Below, in pieces: positions 17,718 through 30,578 of a stretch of DNA of 64,000 nucleotides. The stretch's first letter is position 1; the number at the start of each line of letters is the position of its first letter. The notes below the pieces were generated by a model. The model was not told where the DNA came from. It saw nothing but the letters and a program-made list of their open reading frames with translations, and did no database searches. Origin of the DNA: a virus (lineage: Duplodnaviria; Caudoviricetes); IMG/VR virus record IMGVR_UViG_3300028591_000106, positions 1 to 64,000 of that record, one strand, 5' to 3'. Both the position numbers and the translations under genes were made by a program.

Positions 17718-20700
17718 ATGGCTACTAACCTTTTTGAAAAATACGGTATTAAAGAAGTTGCTGATGTAACTCTTTATCGTATCGAAAGAAAGGATGAAAC
17801 CTATGAATCTCAGAGAAAGATTTCAATTTCCTCTATTCTTAAAGGCGCTCTTACTAAGCAAATGGTTTACCCACTTGACGAAGATGGAAAGGGCGAGTCT
17901 GAAGGCTATGAGGCTTATGTCTTCAAGGATGCCGATATTTTAACTCATTTCAATTATGACTGTGATGACAAGGCAAACCTTAAAGGTACAGCATTGTTTG
18001 TTGATAAGGAAGATAAGGCAGAGGGCGGCAGCAATGTCGAAGCTCTTCTTAGCTACCTAACCACTGCAGCAGACGGATCTTATCCAATCTTTACTGATCC
18101 TAATTCTACTATTCTTTCTCTTGTAGATCTCGACGATAATACTGATATGCTTGGCCGCTATGAGAATTGGCTTGCTAATGGTTATGAACTTACCATTAGT
18201 GAAGAGGATGCTCAGTCAGCTACTATCGTTCCAAATGGTGAAGTTTCTATTTCTAGTGGTACAATTACTTCTACAGAAATGGTCACTTACAAGGCAAAAG
18301 TTGTTGAAGAGCTCAACTATGCCGATGTTTCTGGAATTGATTCCATCATCGAAGAAGGTGGAGAGAAGTACATTACTTTCACCGCTCCAAGATATGCATC
18401 TCCTGATGTTGTAAGAGCAAACTTTGCTATTAAGCAGGCTGAGATTTATCAGGCTCTTGGAATTATTGCTCGTTTTACTCAACCAGTTATTGTAGATGAT
18501 GCAGGTTCTGTTCTTGACGGTGAGCTTACTATTACTATTAGTGATGGTAATACTACTGAAACTGCAACTGTAACATTTGTTGAGGCAACAGTTTCTAATG
18601 CTGACGCTTCTATTATTCGTAATGGCGTTACTACAAAAGCTCAAGCAGAGCAGATTCTTGCTCTTGCTGATGGAGAGAGCATTGTTGTTGTATATGGAAC
18701 TACTGAAGCTGCATTTGAAGCTCTTCTTGCTGATGCAACTGAGATTTCAAGTGCTTTTGCTGCACAGACCTATAAGACTTATCTTGTAACCTTTACTGCT
18801 ACTATTTCTTCTGAAGAGGAGCAGGATACTGGTATTTACGGATTTAGCTCTGAAGAGAGTGGACATTATCACATGGATCCTGATACCGATAATGCTGGTA
18901 CTCACGAGTTTACTTATCCTGAGCAGATTTGCATGCTCTTTGCAAAGCACCAGAATCTTATTACTAAGGCTGGTACAAGATATAAGTTCGCAAATCCTAA
19001 TGCTATGTTTGGTGGCTTCGAATTCAATGATGATTTCGCCGCAGCACCTAATAGTAAAGAAAAGGTTGTTGTTGTTGGTCTTGCAGGTAGAATTTCTGAG
19101 AATCTTTACGATGAAGCAGAAATTAACGAAGCTATTAAAGAGCTTACTGATACTATCGAAGCTAAGGCTTACGATATCACATATACTGATTATGCAGAAG
19201 TTGTTGTTGAAGATGAGATGGGTTATTACCTTCCTCAGCAACTCGGTTATGCTTATGATAAAAAGACTAAGTCTATTTCATTGTTCAATAGCGGATATAC
19301 TTACAAGCAGTATGCAGCTTCTAAGAAGGGCGAAGATCTTGGTATTGGTTCTGCTATCTTCACTTGGGGAGACGGAAAGCACTACAGCATCAATGATGCT
19401 ATTGACGCATTAAAGTAGGAAAAGCAGGTTATTGATAACAGTGTTGATACTGCTACTACTGGTTACACCAGAGTCTTTGGTGGACATAAGGTTACTGGTA
19501 GAAATACAGAGACTGATCCTATTCTTGATGATAAGAACAACATCTATGATGATTACACCATTAATGGCAATGTAATCAATAGTCTTGTCACTGGTAAGAA
19601 GCTTGATTCTGGAGTCGCTCTTGATGATGTCCTTAGTGCTCTTGCTGTTGCAGATCTTGGTGGTCTCGTTGGTCAGGTAAGAATTACTTCTACCGCTCCA
19701 TTCGAGTCTAACCGTGCAATCTATGTAAATCCTGAAAATGGCGTTCTTGCAAACCGCGGCAATATTTACATTCTTAAGAATGTTAATGCTCGTATGCTTG
19801 CAGTTGATAAGACTGGTATCTTCGAGTTCTATGACAAGAAGGGTAACAGATTGTACTATCAGGATAAGGTCTTTGCTGGTACTAAGACTCTTGCTCTTGT
19901 AACCATTGGTTCTATGGGTCTCATCTTCGTAGTTGAGAAGTATGGTACTAAGAACATTAATAAGATCGCTTGGATGGTCAAGGATCATGGTTATGTCACT
20001 GATAAGCAGGCTGAGAGAATCGTTAAGAACGGTCTTATCCACACTGTAGATGTTACCGTTTGCGACGAGACCTTCGATGCAACCTGCACCGTTGGCGCAA
20101 TCAAGGTTCGTAAGATTAAGAAGAATGTTCTTCATTATGTCCCTGTATTGTTCCTTGATACTCTTAAGGTTTCTACCCTTGAGCAGGCTACCGAGACCAC
20201 TGACGCTCGTGGCGGCCGTGGAAACTCTAAGCTTATCACTTGGGACTATGGTAAGGAAATTACCTTGTCTATTGAAGACGCATTGTTCACTCCTGCTTCT
20301 ATGGCAGCTATTTGGGCTGGTGAAAACGGAGATCTTAAAAACGGCGTAAAGGATGCTAAGAGAATCGACAGATTCCAGAAGTATGTTGCTGCTAAGGCAT
20401 TTATCGTTCCTGCAGGTAACCACGAGGGTACTCCTACCGAGGGTGACAATACTGCATAGGCAGTTTACTACGATCCTAAGACAATGGAGCCTTATCAGGA
20501 TGGTACTCCTATTGCAGAGGGTGAGGTTTACTACAAGTTCGCTCGTTCTGTTGCTTATGGAGAAAATTCTCTTGGTAAGAAGATTGAAATCTCTGCTGAT
20601 AAGTTCCCTGGAACTTACCGTGTCGTTGGCGAAACCTTCGTTCGCGCTAAGGAAGGCGGAAAGGATCAGAGATTCCAGTTCATTATTCCAGAGGCTAAGA

Positions 20701-20960
20701 TGTCTGCATCTGATGCTTCTATCACTCTTGAAGCAGATGGAGATCCCACAGTCTTCAGCTTCACTATGGATGTTCTTAGACCTGAAAGCGGTAATATGAT
20801 GGAGTTCATCCAGTTCGATGTTGAGGATAATGAGGCTCAGGGCGATGGTTCTGATATGGTTAAAGACACTGAGGACCTTAACCTCGTTGATGACGCTGAG
20901 ATGTTCAGAACATCTGGTTCAGATGACGAAGAATTGGTGATTGGTGCTACTGAGTATTAA
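17718..20960 (+). CDS. Tail tube-like protein, paralog 1 (1080 aa; TAG at 19416 and 20457)
   Basis: YGIKEVADVTLY ... PVLFLDTLKVST ... GGRGNSKLITWDYGK ... FPGTYRVVGETFVR ... LEADGDPT; biased codon usage suggests it is the major subunit. Confidence 0.75.
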
Positions 20961-20977
20961 TAAAGAGGTGAGTATCA

Positions 20978-23299
20978 GTGAATATTTTTGATCAATATGG
21001 TATCAAAGAAGTAGCTGATGTAACCATTTATAGTATTCATAAATAGGCAGATGGTAGCGGGGACGTATACTACGTCCCTGCCCTCTACCTTGATACTTTA
21101 AAGGTTACTACTACTGAAAAAACCGCTGAAAACACTTGGGCATAGGGTGGACATGGTAACTCAAGACTTATCTCTTGGGACTATGGAAAAACAATCAATT
21201 TGACTCTTGAAGATGCACTTTGCACTCCAGCTTCTCTTGGTTTGTGCTGGGGAGGTATTCTTAGTTCAGATTGGAAAGATGGTCAAGTTCAGCATCAATT
21301 TGGTATTAAAGATTCTAATCAGTGCGGCGGTACTGAAAGAATTTCAAGAATGGAGAAAGCTTTCTATCCTAGAAACGATACTGTTAATGCGGTTGTAAGT
21401 AACTTGCTTCCTAGAGATGGAAAGGAAGATATTCTTCCAGATCAGAATGGTGATCCAGTTTATCTTCAGCGTTCTTCAATCCTTGATGGTACTGAAATTA
21501 GAGGCTTTGGATATTGTGAGGGTCATCCTTACAAGTGGAAGGTTGAAATTGAGTCTGCTATGAAATCTCTTGTAGTTGTCCCTGATAGATTCTTCTCTAT
21601 TTATGGTAAGAGCTATCCAATTAAGAGAATGCAGACTGTTGGAATCAATCAGCCTTCAGAAGCATTTAAATATGAAATCATTTATCTTAGAGGATATGAT
21701 AAATATGATGACGAAAAGATTACCGCTAGAGTAATTTATAATCGTCAGTACGAAGAAGATCTTAAACCTTATGTCTGCTCCACAGATGAAGAGGCTCTTG
21801 ATATTCTTAATCAGTTTGAAGAGTATCCTTACCTTAAGCTTCGTGTTTGCATGGATGGTTCTATCAGAGCTTATCTTGGTAAAAAGGAAGTTGGTTGGGA
21901 TTACACCAGACAGATTAGTGAAGATACCAATGCCGCAGAAGCTAACAGATACTGGGTTGAGATTCCTCAGATCAACACTGAACAGTTTAGAGGAATTGAT
22001 CTTTGGGTTAAGTTTGATAGCCTTAATGCATTAAGCTATTACATTATTACAAAGTATGAAAATAATATTTTCAACATTTCTCCTAAGACCATTTCTGGTG
22101 GACTTCAGAATGTTGAGAGACCTTCTGTAAAGAGAACTATTGAAAATAATGAGATTATTTACACAGTTGAGGCAGGTAAATATAATATTCGTGTTGGTAA
22201 TACTGATATTGCTTTTGTTGCCGGTGCGCCTGGTCCAAATGCATTCCTTCAAGATGTTGCGTCAACCGATGCATCTGGAAATGTTATGGATCCTTGGAGA
22301 AAAGACTACTGTGAATGCTCTGTAACTCTTGATAACAGTTATAGCGTTAAAGCTGATAGTGCAAACGAAGCCTTAATTAAGTGCTTCTTAGCAGATGCTG
22401 GTTATGGTACTATTTCTAACAGAGAGTGGTCTTATACTCCTGCAGTTCCTAATCTTGAGGCTTCAAAGATTCAAGTATTCTCAAGAATTGATGAGCCAAT
22501 GACTAGTGAAGAGAAAGAAGAGGGCGCTATTGTTCCAACTGGTAAACGAGCAGTTTACGGTATTGAAATCGGTTCTGCAGGTTTCTGGGAAAAGGGCGAT
22601 TTAATCCTTACTCATGAAAGATGGATGCTTGTAATTTCTGAGCCTTTTGACAATGGACTTGGTGCTTCACTTCCTACTCTTAGCGAAGACTTCGCACAGG
22701 ATTTGCTTGATAAGGTAGCTTCTCAAACAGCTTCTATGAGCGTTGGTCTTGAAGTTGATGATGTAGTTGGTAAGGATTATGACTTAAATACTCCTGCAGA
22801 TCTTGATGAATCAGATCCTTGCACTCCTTGCTGCAAGAAGTCTAACCTTAGTCGTTCTATTTGGGCTTATGTTAACCCAAGAACAATGACACCTTATGAT
22901 GATGACTATTGGTTCCATCAGGGTGAGCCTTATTATAAGAAATCTTTGACCTTGTCTACAAAGAGCAATCCTCTTAAGGCACAGAGAATTTTTGTTGAGT
23001 AGGGTGTATTCCCAGGTATGTATAAGATTGTTGGTGAAACCTATATCCGTAACCGTGATACCGGAAAGGATGAAAGAGTCCAGCTTACATTCCCTCTTTG
23101 CAAGATCAAGTCTGATCAGACATTGACTCTTCAGGCGGATGGAGATCCAACAACATTCAATCTTGATGTTGAAGTTGCTGTTCCTTAGAATGGTATTCCT
23201 ATGGAAATTACTTTCTATGAGGTCGAAAAAGAAATGAAAGCTGGCTGCGGAAATGGAATGGTCGAGAAGGACGGTTCTACAAGAATCTCTGCCGGCTAA
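20978..23299 (+). CDS. Tail tube-like protein, paralog 2 (773 aa, GTG start, code 15)
   Basis: Same motif series (YGIKEVADVTIY, LDTLKVTT, WDYGK, FPGMYKIVGETYIR, LQADGDPT). Confidence 0.75.
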
Positions 23300-23320
23300 G
23301 ACGATAAGGAGGGGTGATAG

Positions 23321-25696
23321 ATGAACATTTTTGAGCAATATGGTATAAAGGAAGTCATGGATGCTTGCCTTTATGCTATCGAGCTTGACGAAAATGAAAA
23401 TGAAATCTATGTCCCTGTACTCTACCTGGACACCTTAAAGGTGTCCACGGTAGAGCAATCCGCTTAGTCCGTATCTGCGCAAGGCGGACTTGGTAATCCA
23501 AAATTGATTACTTGGGATTATGGAAAAGATATTAAAGTTTAGCTTGAAGATGCTTTGTTTACTCCTGCTTAGTAGAGCATGACTTGGACGGGTAAACTTG
23601 GAGCTAAAGGGCTAAAGTTGTATTTGAGAAATTTTTGGGATAGAACACAACAGATGCCCGCTGAAGATGAAATCAATTAGATTATTGAGCTTCATCCTGA
23701 GTGGGTTATTAATTTATCTAGCGATAATTATTATTTAGCCTATAAAGAATGGCTGAATAAACATGGCCGTGGAGCAACGCTGAACATAAAAAATTTTTCT
23801 GATTTTTGTATTATTCCTGACAGAATTGGGAAGCAGAAAAATAAATATGTGGGAGGCACATCAATCTTCTGTTGGTTATGCGATGGCTATGTGATTGCTA
23901 ATGATGACTAGAACAAAATAGTATTTAATGATTTAATTGTCTTTTTCAGAGAGCAGACTTAGAAATGGTATTTCTTTAATGGTGGCGGCACAATCAAACG
24001 CTATAAAGATAATTTCCCGACAACAGACTATAAACATTATGGAATAGGCTATCAGTATGGAAAAGATACTTTTTAGTGGATTCGAGAAAATTTAACTAAA
24101 ACTAAATTTGATCTTAGAAGCTATGAAGGGCACACTTATCAAGTAAATGGTGTTAAAGATGCCCCTGTTTTACTTAGGTTTAGTAGTGATACAGAACTTG
24201 TTGTAAAAGAACATCAATATATGTATGGCTCTTTCCATAACGGTATTGTCACAGTATATAATAAAGATTCTTTAAATGGTCAAGAGATAGATTCAAAATG
24301 GGAATTAGAAGTTGATCCTTCTCCAATTCGTTTTAAATAGCCTGTCTATGCAGATAATGATAATGACTTTTTCGCTTATGAAAACCTAGCTGCACTAGCT
24401 ATTGGAAAAATAGAAAACAATATATATCTGCCGCCCATGACAATTAATGATCGCACCCCAGATGGTGGCTATTATGGATATACATATGATGAAAAAACTA
24501 ATCGTTGGTATATGCCTGGAGGCGGCTTAGTAACAATTGGAAGCTGCAGCTACAGAGTATATCTTCCAGTTAGTGAAATCGGTTAGGATTATCAAAGCAT
24601 AGTGAATTTTGTTTTGACTCATCATAACTTTATTGGAGACGGGACACCAACAACTGTCGAAGAAAAAGAATTTGATTGGGAACCTGTCAGTGCTGCAACG
24701 AGAAGAGCATGGGGAGAGAAAATTGACACGGCAAATACTGAAGATGATTATGATTAGATTAATTTCTTAACTTAGAATCTTTATATTGATGGATATAAAA
24801 TCAATGAATGCGTGAAATCATTAAAGTTCTCTGAAGATATTGAAACAGAATTATTAACAACTAATTAGCCTTGTAGATATGAGGCGTCAGTAGATTTGGA
24901 ATATAATACCAATATTGCATTGCCGGCTGAAGCTTTATATTAGATCGAGCATGGCTATGAGAAAGTAGACTTTTTAGAGCGCATTGAAAAATGTATTACT
25001 AAAAAGTAGTTCTGTATAAATACTGATGTAAACTTAAAACATGGAGAGCAAAGATACCTCCATCAGTATGACGAGAAAGAATTGACTGTTTACATCAACC
25101 CTAAAACTATGCAGCCTTATGTGCCAAATGGCTTTGAATATATAACTAAAGATAATAAGCGTATTACTGGAAATTTGAAGATCTTTAAGTAGGGTGAAAC
25201 CTATTATAAGTGGACTCGTACAAAAGCAAAAAGATGTGAATCTCTTGGAGATAGACTTATTATTGATGCTTAGCATTTTCCCGGAGTTTATCGTTTCGTT
25301 GGAGAGACTTTCATTAGAAGTAGAACTGACGGAAAAGACTACCGAGCCTAGTTTGAAATTCCAAAATGTAAGTTAACAGCTAATAACAATATCTAGCTTC
25401 AAGCAGACGGAGATCCAACTACATTTAATATGGAGTTAACTGCTTTACAGATGTTTGATGGAACTATGATGAAATTAACATTCTATGAAATTGATGATAA
25501 GGTTTGTAATGGAAGTACTAAGGTAATACCTCATTTTACTCGTCCTGATTTTGAAGAAGTTAATGCTGATTGGAGAATTGAACCTTCATTTGAGATAGAT
25601 GCTCCAGAAACTATTGATTTGGCGGCGTTTCTTCTTGAACCAGAAGATGATGAATATAAATCTGGTCTTAATAAATAGCGCAGAGGAGATGATTGA
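23321..25696 (+). CDS. Tail tube-like protein, paralog 3 (791 aa, code 15)
   Basis: YGIKEVMDACLY, LDTLKVST, WDYGK, FPGVYRFVGETFIR, LQADGDPT; frame open except for TAGs. Confidence 0.75.
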
Positions 25697-25873
25697 ATGC
25701 TTGATGAAAAAAATTATCCAGTATATGCAAGAACTTTTAATCTTTGCGCTGTAAGAAGTGATGACACTCCAGAAGAGCCACATCGAATTTTACTAGGTGA
25801 ATAGAGTGGAAAAGTAGAATTGTCTCCTTCAGAATTTGAAGCAGAAATTGAACGAGAAGAGGTGATTGAATGA
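25697..25873 (+). CDS. Small hypothetical protein (58 aa, one TAG)
   Basis: GAGGAG RBS; ATGA overlap with the next gene. Confidence 0.5.
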
Positions 25874-27216
25874 ACTATTTCGATAGATTTGGTATCAAAG
25901 AAGTAGCTGATGTAACTTTTTATTCAATCACCCGTATTGGAGATGAAGAAGTATATACACCTGTTTTATTGCTTGATAGCTTGAAAGTTTCTTCACTTAG
26001 TAAGTCTTCAGATACTGTTACTCAAAAAGGTGGATATGGTAATGCCTCAATTTTAAGTTGGAGCTATACTAAAGATATCAAGTTAAAACTTGAAGATGCT
26101 TTGTTTTCTTAGGCTTCTCTTGGATTATATCTTAATGGTAGATTTATGTCAAAACATAAAGATCATATGAGATTAATTATGAAATTAAACATTGCAAATA
26201 AATATGGTAAATATCACTACTCTCCTGTGGCTAAGCAATCTCCAATCTTAACTGAAGATGAACAAAACATTCTCTTTGCCGCCGCGCAAAAGGCTGGTAT
26301 GGTCGTCCATCATGGGTTGACATTTAATGCAACGAAATATGTGCCGACAAGAAGTGGCGCTTATGATGAAAATTATTATGTCGCTGAAAATAGAAAACTT
26401 CTTTTAGAGAGATATTACACTAGGACATAGGTTAATTATGCGGGTGCTCCGCCTGATATTATGTTCTGGACTCCACCACCCAATGTCGCTATGCCGCAAG
26501 AGGTAATAGATATAATTCTTGAAGAAATTGACTCTTTAAAGAAGATAAATAGTTTTCATAACGATATCTATAAGTCATAGTCAATAGATCGAATGGAGAA
26601 ATGCATAGTTAAGAATAAAAGTGGCTTAACTATTAACGCCGCTCAATAGAAAGAAAACTTAGCTCGTTTCTACGCAGATGATCATAGTAGCTCATTTACT
26701 ATTTATTACGATCCAAAAACAATGCAGCCGTTTTTCGGATTGAATAGTAATCTTGATTTCAACTCTGATAGTTTCACTTTAAAATAGGGAACTATTTATT
26801 ATAAATTCACAAGAACAATTGATTTAATTGAAGTGCCTGATATGTTGATCGGTACTGAACTGACAATCAATCCTGAAACATTCCCCGGTGAGTATCGTGT
26901 AGTTGGAGAAACCTATGTTCGCTCACAAACAGACGGAAAAGATCATAGAATGCAACTTACTCTTAATCGAGTAGCAATTTCTCCTACTACCAATATCGAG
27001 TTAAAAGCTGATGGCGGCCCTTCTACTTTTTCTATGGATATTAGTGTATTAAAGCCAAAGAATAATCAAGACATGGTTATGCTTAGACAATATTATGTCG
27101 AGGATGATGAATTCTATGGCGGCACTAGAATTACTCCTTAGAATAGCAGACATGTTTATACACCTGTTGCGGATATGCTTGTTGATGAAGTTGAATCTAA
27201 CGATGAATTCTATTAA
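25870..27216 (+). CDS. Tail tube-like protein, paralog 4 (448 aa, code 15)
   Basis: FGIKEVADVTFY, LDSLKVSS, WSYTK, FPGEYRVVGETYVR, LKADGGPS. Confidence 0.75.
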
Positions 27217-27220
27217 AGTC

Positions 27221-27249
27221 AAGACCAGTCCTTTTGGGGCTGGTCTTTT
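27221..27249 (+). terminator. Intrinsic terminator
   Basis: AAGACCAGTCC / GGGCTGGTCTT followed by Ts. Confidence 0.8.
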
Positions 27250-27320
27250 CCTATTTTATAGAGCCTGTCCTTTAGGAATTTACATATATTAAGAGAGATT
27301 TCCACATTGGAGGTGGTATA

Positions 27321-28226
27321 ATGGAAGAGCAGCTTGTCGGTATGAAAGAAATGTTTGATGTTAATATTAGACTTAACTCTCCCATTGAAATTGGAAAAAG
27401 AAAGTATGATATTAACGAAACCGTTTTAAGTTTTGATAAAGCTGAAATAGGTTAGTTATAGCAATAGAAATCTGTTAAAACAGCACGCGGCGGATATGGG
27501 AATAGAGCACTTGTTGATTGGGAGATGGATAAAGAATGTACTTTTGCAATCACTCATGGACTTCTTTCCTTGACCAGTTGGGCTATTTTAAGCAATTCTA
27601 AAATTAACGATCGAAGAACAAAATCAGTAAGCTATAAGGAAACTCTTGATGTTATTGAAGATGACGACTTTTGGTTTGTTGATTTAAAATATATGCCAAA
27701 TCATGTGGATGGCGAGTTTGGATTGTAGTATAATCCAGAAAATGAACCTATGCCAATGGGAAGAAAGCCTTGGCTTCCACTTAAGCCATTGCCGCCATAG
27801 AAAGATAGATTTATCTTTTGTTATGATGGTTAGACCGGCGGCAGAATTATGAATTTTGATGTCTGTGGGAATAGAATTATTTTTCATGGTGATCATAGGA
27901 AAGTTGTTGTTGATTATACTTTTGACTATGATGATGGATTCAGAGAGCTTAATGTTGGTAATAGATTGTTTAATGGATACCTCAATCTTACAGCTAAAAT
28001 GAGCGTAAAGGGATTTAATGATGGTGAAGTAACAACAGCTATTTTAGAAATTCCTAAGATCAAATTGAATAGTAATCTTAGTATGAGGCTTGGTTCTAAT
28101 GTCGAAAATCCTGTTATAAGTGATTTTTATTTTACTGGATATCCAGGCGAGGGCAGAATGGAAAGTGACTAGACAGTATGTAAGTTAACATTTTTGGATA
28201 GGGAACTTACAGGAGATTATTTGTGA
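27321..28226 (+). CDS. Diverged tail tube-like protein, paralog 5 (301 aa, code 15)
   Basis: GMKEMFDVNI, VLSFDKAEI, ARGGYGNRALVDWEMDK, FNGYLNLTA and EIPKIKL align with the family motifs. Confidence 0.65.
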
Positions 28227-28232
28227 TGTTGA

Positions 28233-30566
28233 ATGGCTGAGAATCTTGTATAGCTTCAAAATGATTACAACTATATATATTATCTTAGAGATCCTTCAAA
28301 TGAAAATGAAATAAGTGATCCTCAAGAAAGAGATAATTTTTTAAGATTCAAGAGCTATGCCGCTGAATCTTAGAAAAAAGCTTATCAAGCATTAGAATTA
28401 GTTAAAGATGAAGGATTGGATAAAGGAATAAATATTTTATTAGATAAAAGAGCAGAAGAAAGTTTTGATATTGAGTTAGGTTTTTATAATGCTCTTTTTG
28501 GAGAGTAGTCAGATTTTGTTACAACTGTTAAAGCAGCTTTTTCGACGAAAAAGCCAAATTATATGTCAGCAGAAATTCAAAATGGAGATTAGAAATAGAC
28601 TTTATATTAGGCTTTAGTATATAAAGTTTTAGGTATTGAAGATAAAGATCAAGATAATGGCAAATGGAATTTTATAAATATTATTTCTTCTTTATCATTA
28701 CAAGATATTGCCTCTAATGCTATTGCAGATCCAAGAAAAGTCGTTGAATCTATTTTAAGAAAAAGTATTACAGGAATATTAACCGATTAGAAAATGAAAA
28801 GAATTTCTGTAGTTAAAAATATTGATAATTTAAACGCAATTGAGATTGCAAATTAGATTGTTGTAGAAAACTTAGTGTTCTCTAATAAAGCATTAGAAGA
28901 CGAAAATGTATTAAGGAAACTTGTTACCGATGCCCTAAGAAAAGGTCAGTATCCTGCTTAGCTTGCAAGAAGGGATAATTCAGATATTGTTCCTATTATT
29001 GTTGAAAATATTTAGCGAATGACTTCAGACTGGGTTGAATAGATGGTAGAACAAATAAAGATTTATCTAAGAGATGATTTAGATGAAGAATAGATAAGAC
29101 AGCTCGTTATTGGAATGTTGACGAAATAGCAAGGCGAAGCAAATACAGCGACCCTTGTTCAGTCTGGAGTTATTAAAAAAGAAAATCCAACTATTGTTTA
29201 GCAGGCTGGTCTTAAGAAAACATTTGATTCAAGATTTGAATCTCTTTTTAATTCAAGTCTCTTTTCATCTGGTAGTGGAGAAGGAGAAATTCAAAGTGTA
29301 ATTAATTAGTATTAGTTTAAAGAGACAGATCCTTAGTTAAAAGGAATGATGATGTCATTTCATAAAAATATATTATCAATTCTCTCTAAGCGTGGTGGCG
29401 GCGTAAACGGCGCTATTGAATATTATTAGTCAATAATGAATCAAATAGATAAAGAAGTCTATAATGACTTGATTCAAAAAGTAGCAAATAGCGGCTTAAA
29501 AGAAGAAACTGAGTATACATTAAGAGCATTTACGGAGATTAATGATCTTAATACAATGATTTCTTTTTTATCAGAGTTTATCAATAATTTAAATGACTCT
29601 ATAAAACTTACTGATACTATAAAAGAAAAATTGAAAGATATAGCAAAAAAAGTTTTTAGTAAGCATAAAGCAATTACAATAAAAGAAAAAGGCGGCGATA
29701 TCAATATTTCTTATGAAGAGTTTCTTAGTTTTTTTGATAAGCCAGATGCACAAGCCGTTTTGGAGATACAAAAATATATTCCTTATTTACAAAAAAGACT
29801 AGAAGCATCTGTAATAGGTTTTGTTAGTAATATCTAGGGTTCTATTGGTGAAATTATTTATCCAATTTTACTAAGAATTACACTTGGAGAAGGTTACAGC
29901 GTTGCACAGTTAGGTAGAAGTACAAATGAAAGTGGACAATAGGAACATGGAGATATAACGGTTAGATCTGAAAGCGCTAAATTTGCAATTCAGTCAAAAA
30001 TTTATAAAAATAATGATTTGGAAATATATAAAGATACTTCTATCTCTCTTAGTAATAATGACGCATAGCGTTATTTTGGCTCAAGAAGTGGATTAGATGC
30101 TTTTAGATATTTTTTAATAAATAACACTTGTTTATCAAAAATTGGATTAACTGATAATAATATTGTAGATGAAAATGGAAGTAGCAAAGGCGTAGCTACT
30201 TTTTAGGATGTTTTAAGATAGAGAGTAGATTATTTTATTCGTTATAGCGATGGTCTTAATAAAGACGCGTTAAAGAATAATTTTTATATGATTAATTTTA
30301 ATTTGATTCCTTCTTCTGCAATATTCTTTTTGTTAAAAGACGCTATTGAAAAAGACATAAAAGAAGCTAGTTCAAAAAAAATGTTTAAATTCAATTATTA
30401 GGAAAAATTATTTAGACAGGATTCAGATGAATATAAAAAATTAGTAACAATAGGGCGCTATCCAAAAATTTCTGATAACTTAAATATTTTAGAAAATGAT
30501 AGAGTAACTTTTAGTGGTTTAACTATTAAATTAACTGAACTAGGAGGATCTATCTTTAATAAATAA
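28233..30566 (+). CDS. 777-aa protein with a C-terminal PD-(D/E)xK-like nuclease motif (code 15)
   Basis: Frame open except for TAGs; (Q)GSIGE ... HGDITV ... FAIQSKIY. Confidence 0.65.
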
Positions 30567-30578
30567 GGTGGTGAGTAA

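Noticed and set aside
11437-23338. Long antisense or alternate-frame track ORFs over the capsid and tail genes (e.g. 13517-14089, 19410-20423)
   Set aside because: These are expected by-products of strong codon bias on the coding strand; they show no RBS or recognisable motifs.
25694-25873. TGA readthrough fusing tail paralog 3 to the next in-frame ORF
   Set aside because: The downstream ATG has its own GAGGAG RBS, and TGA is a normal stop elsewhere in the window.
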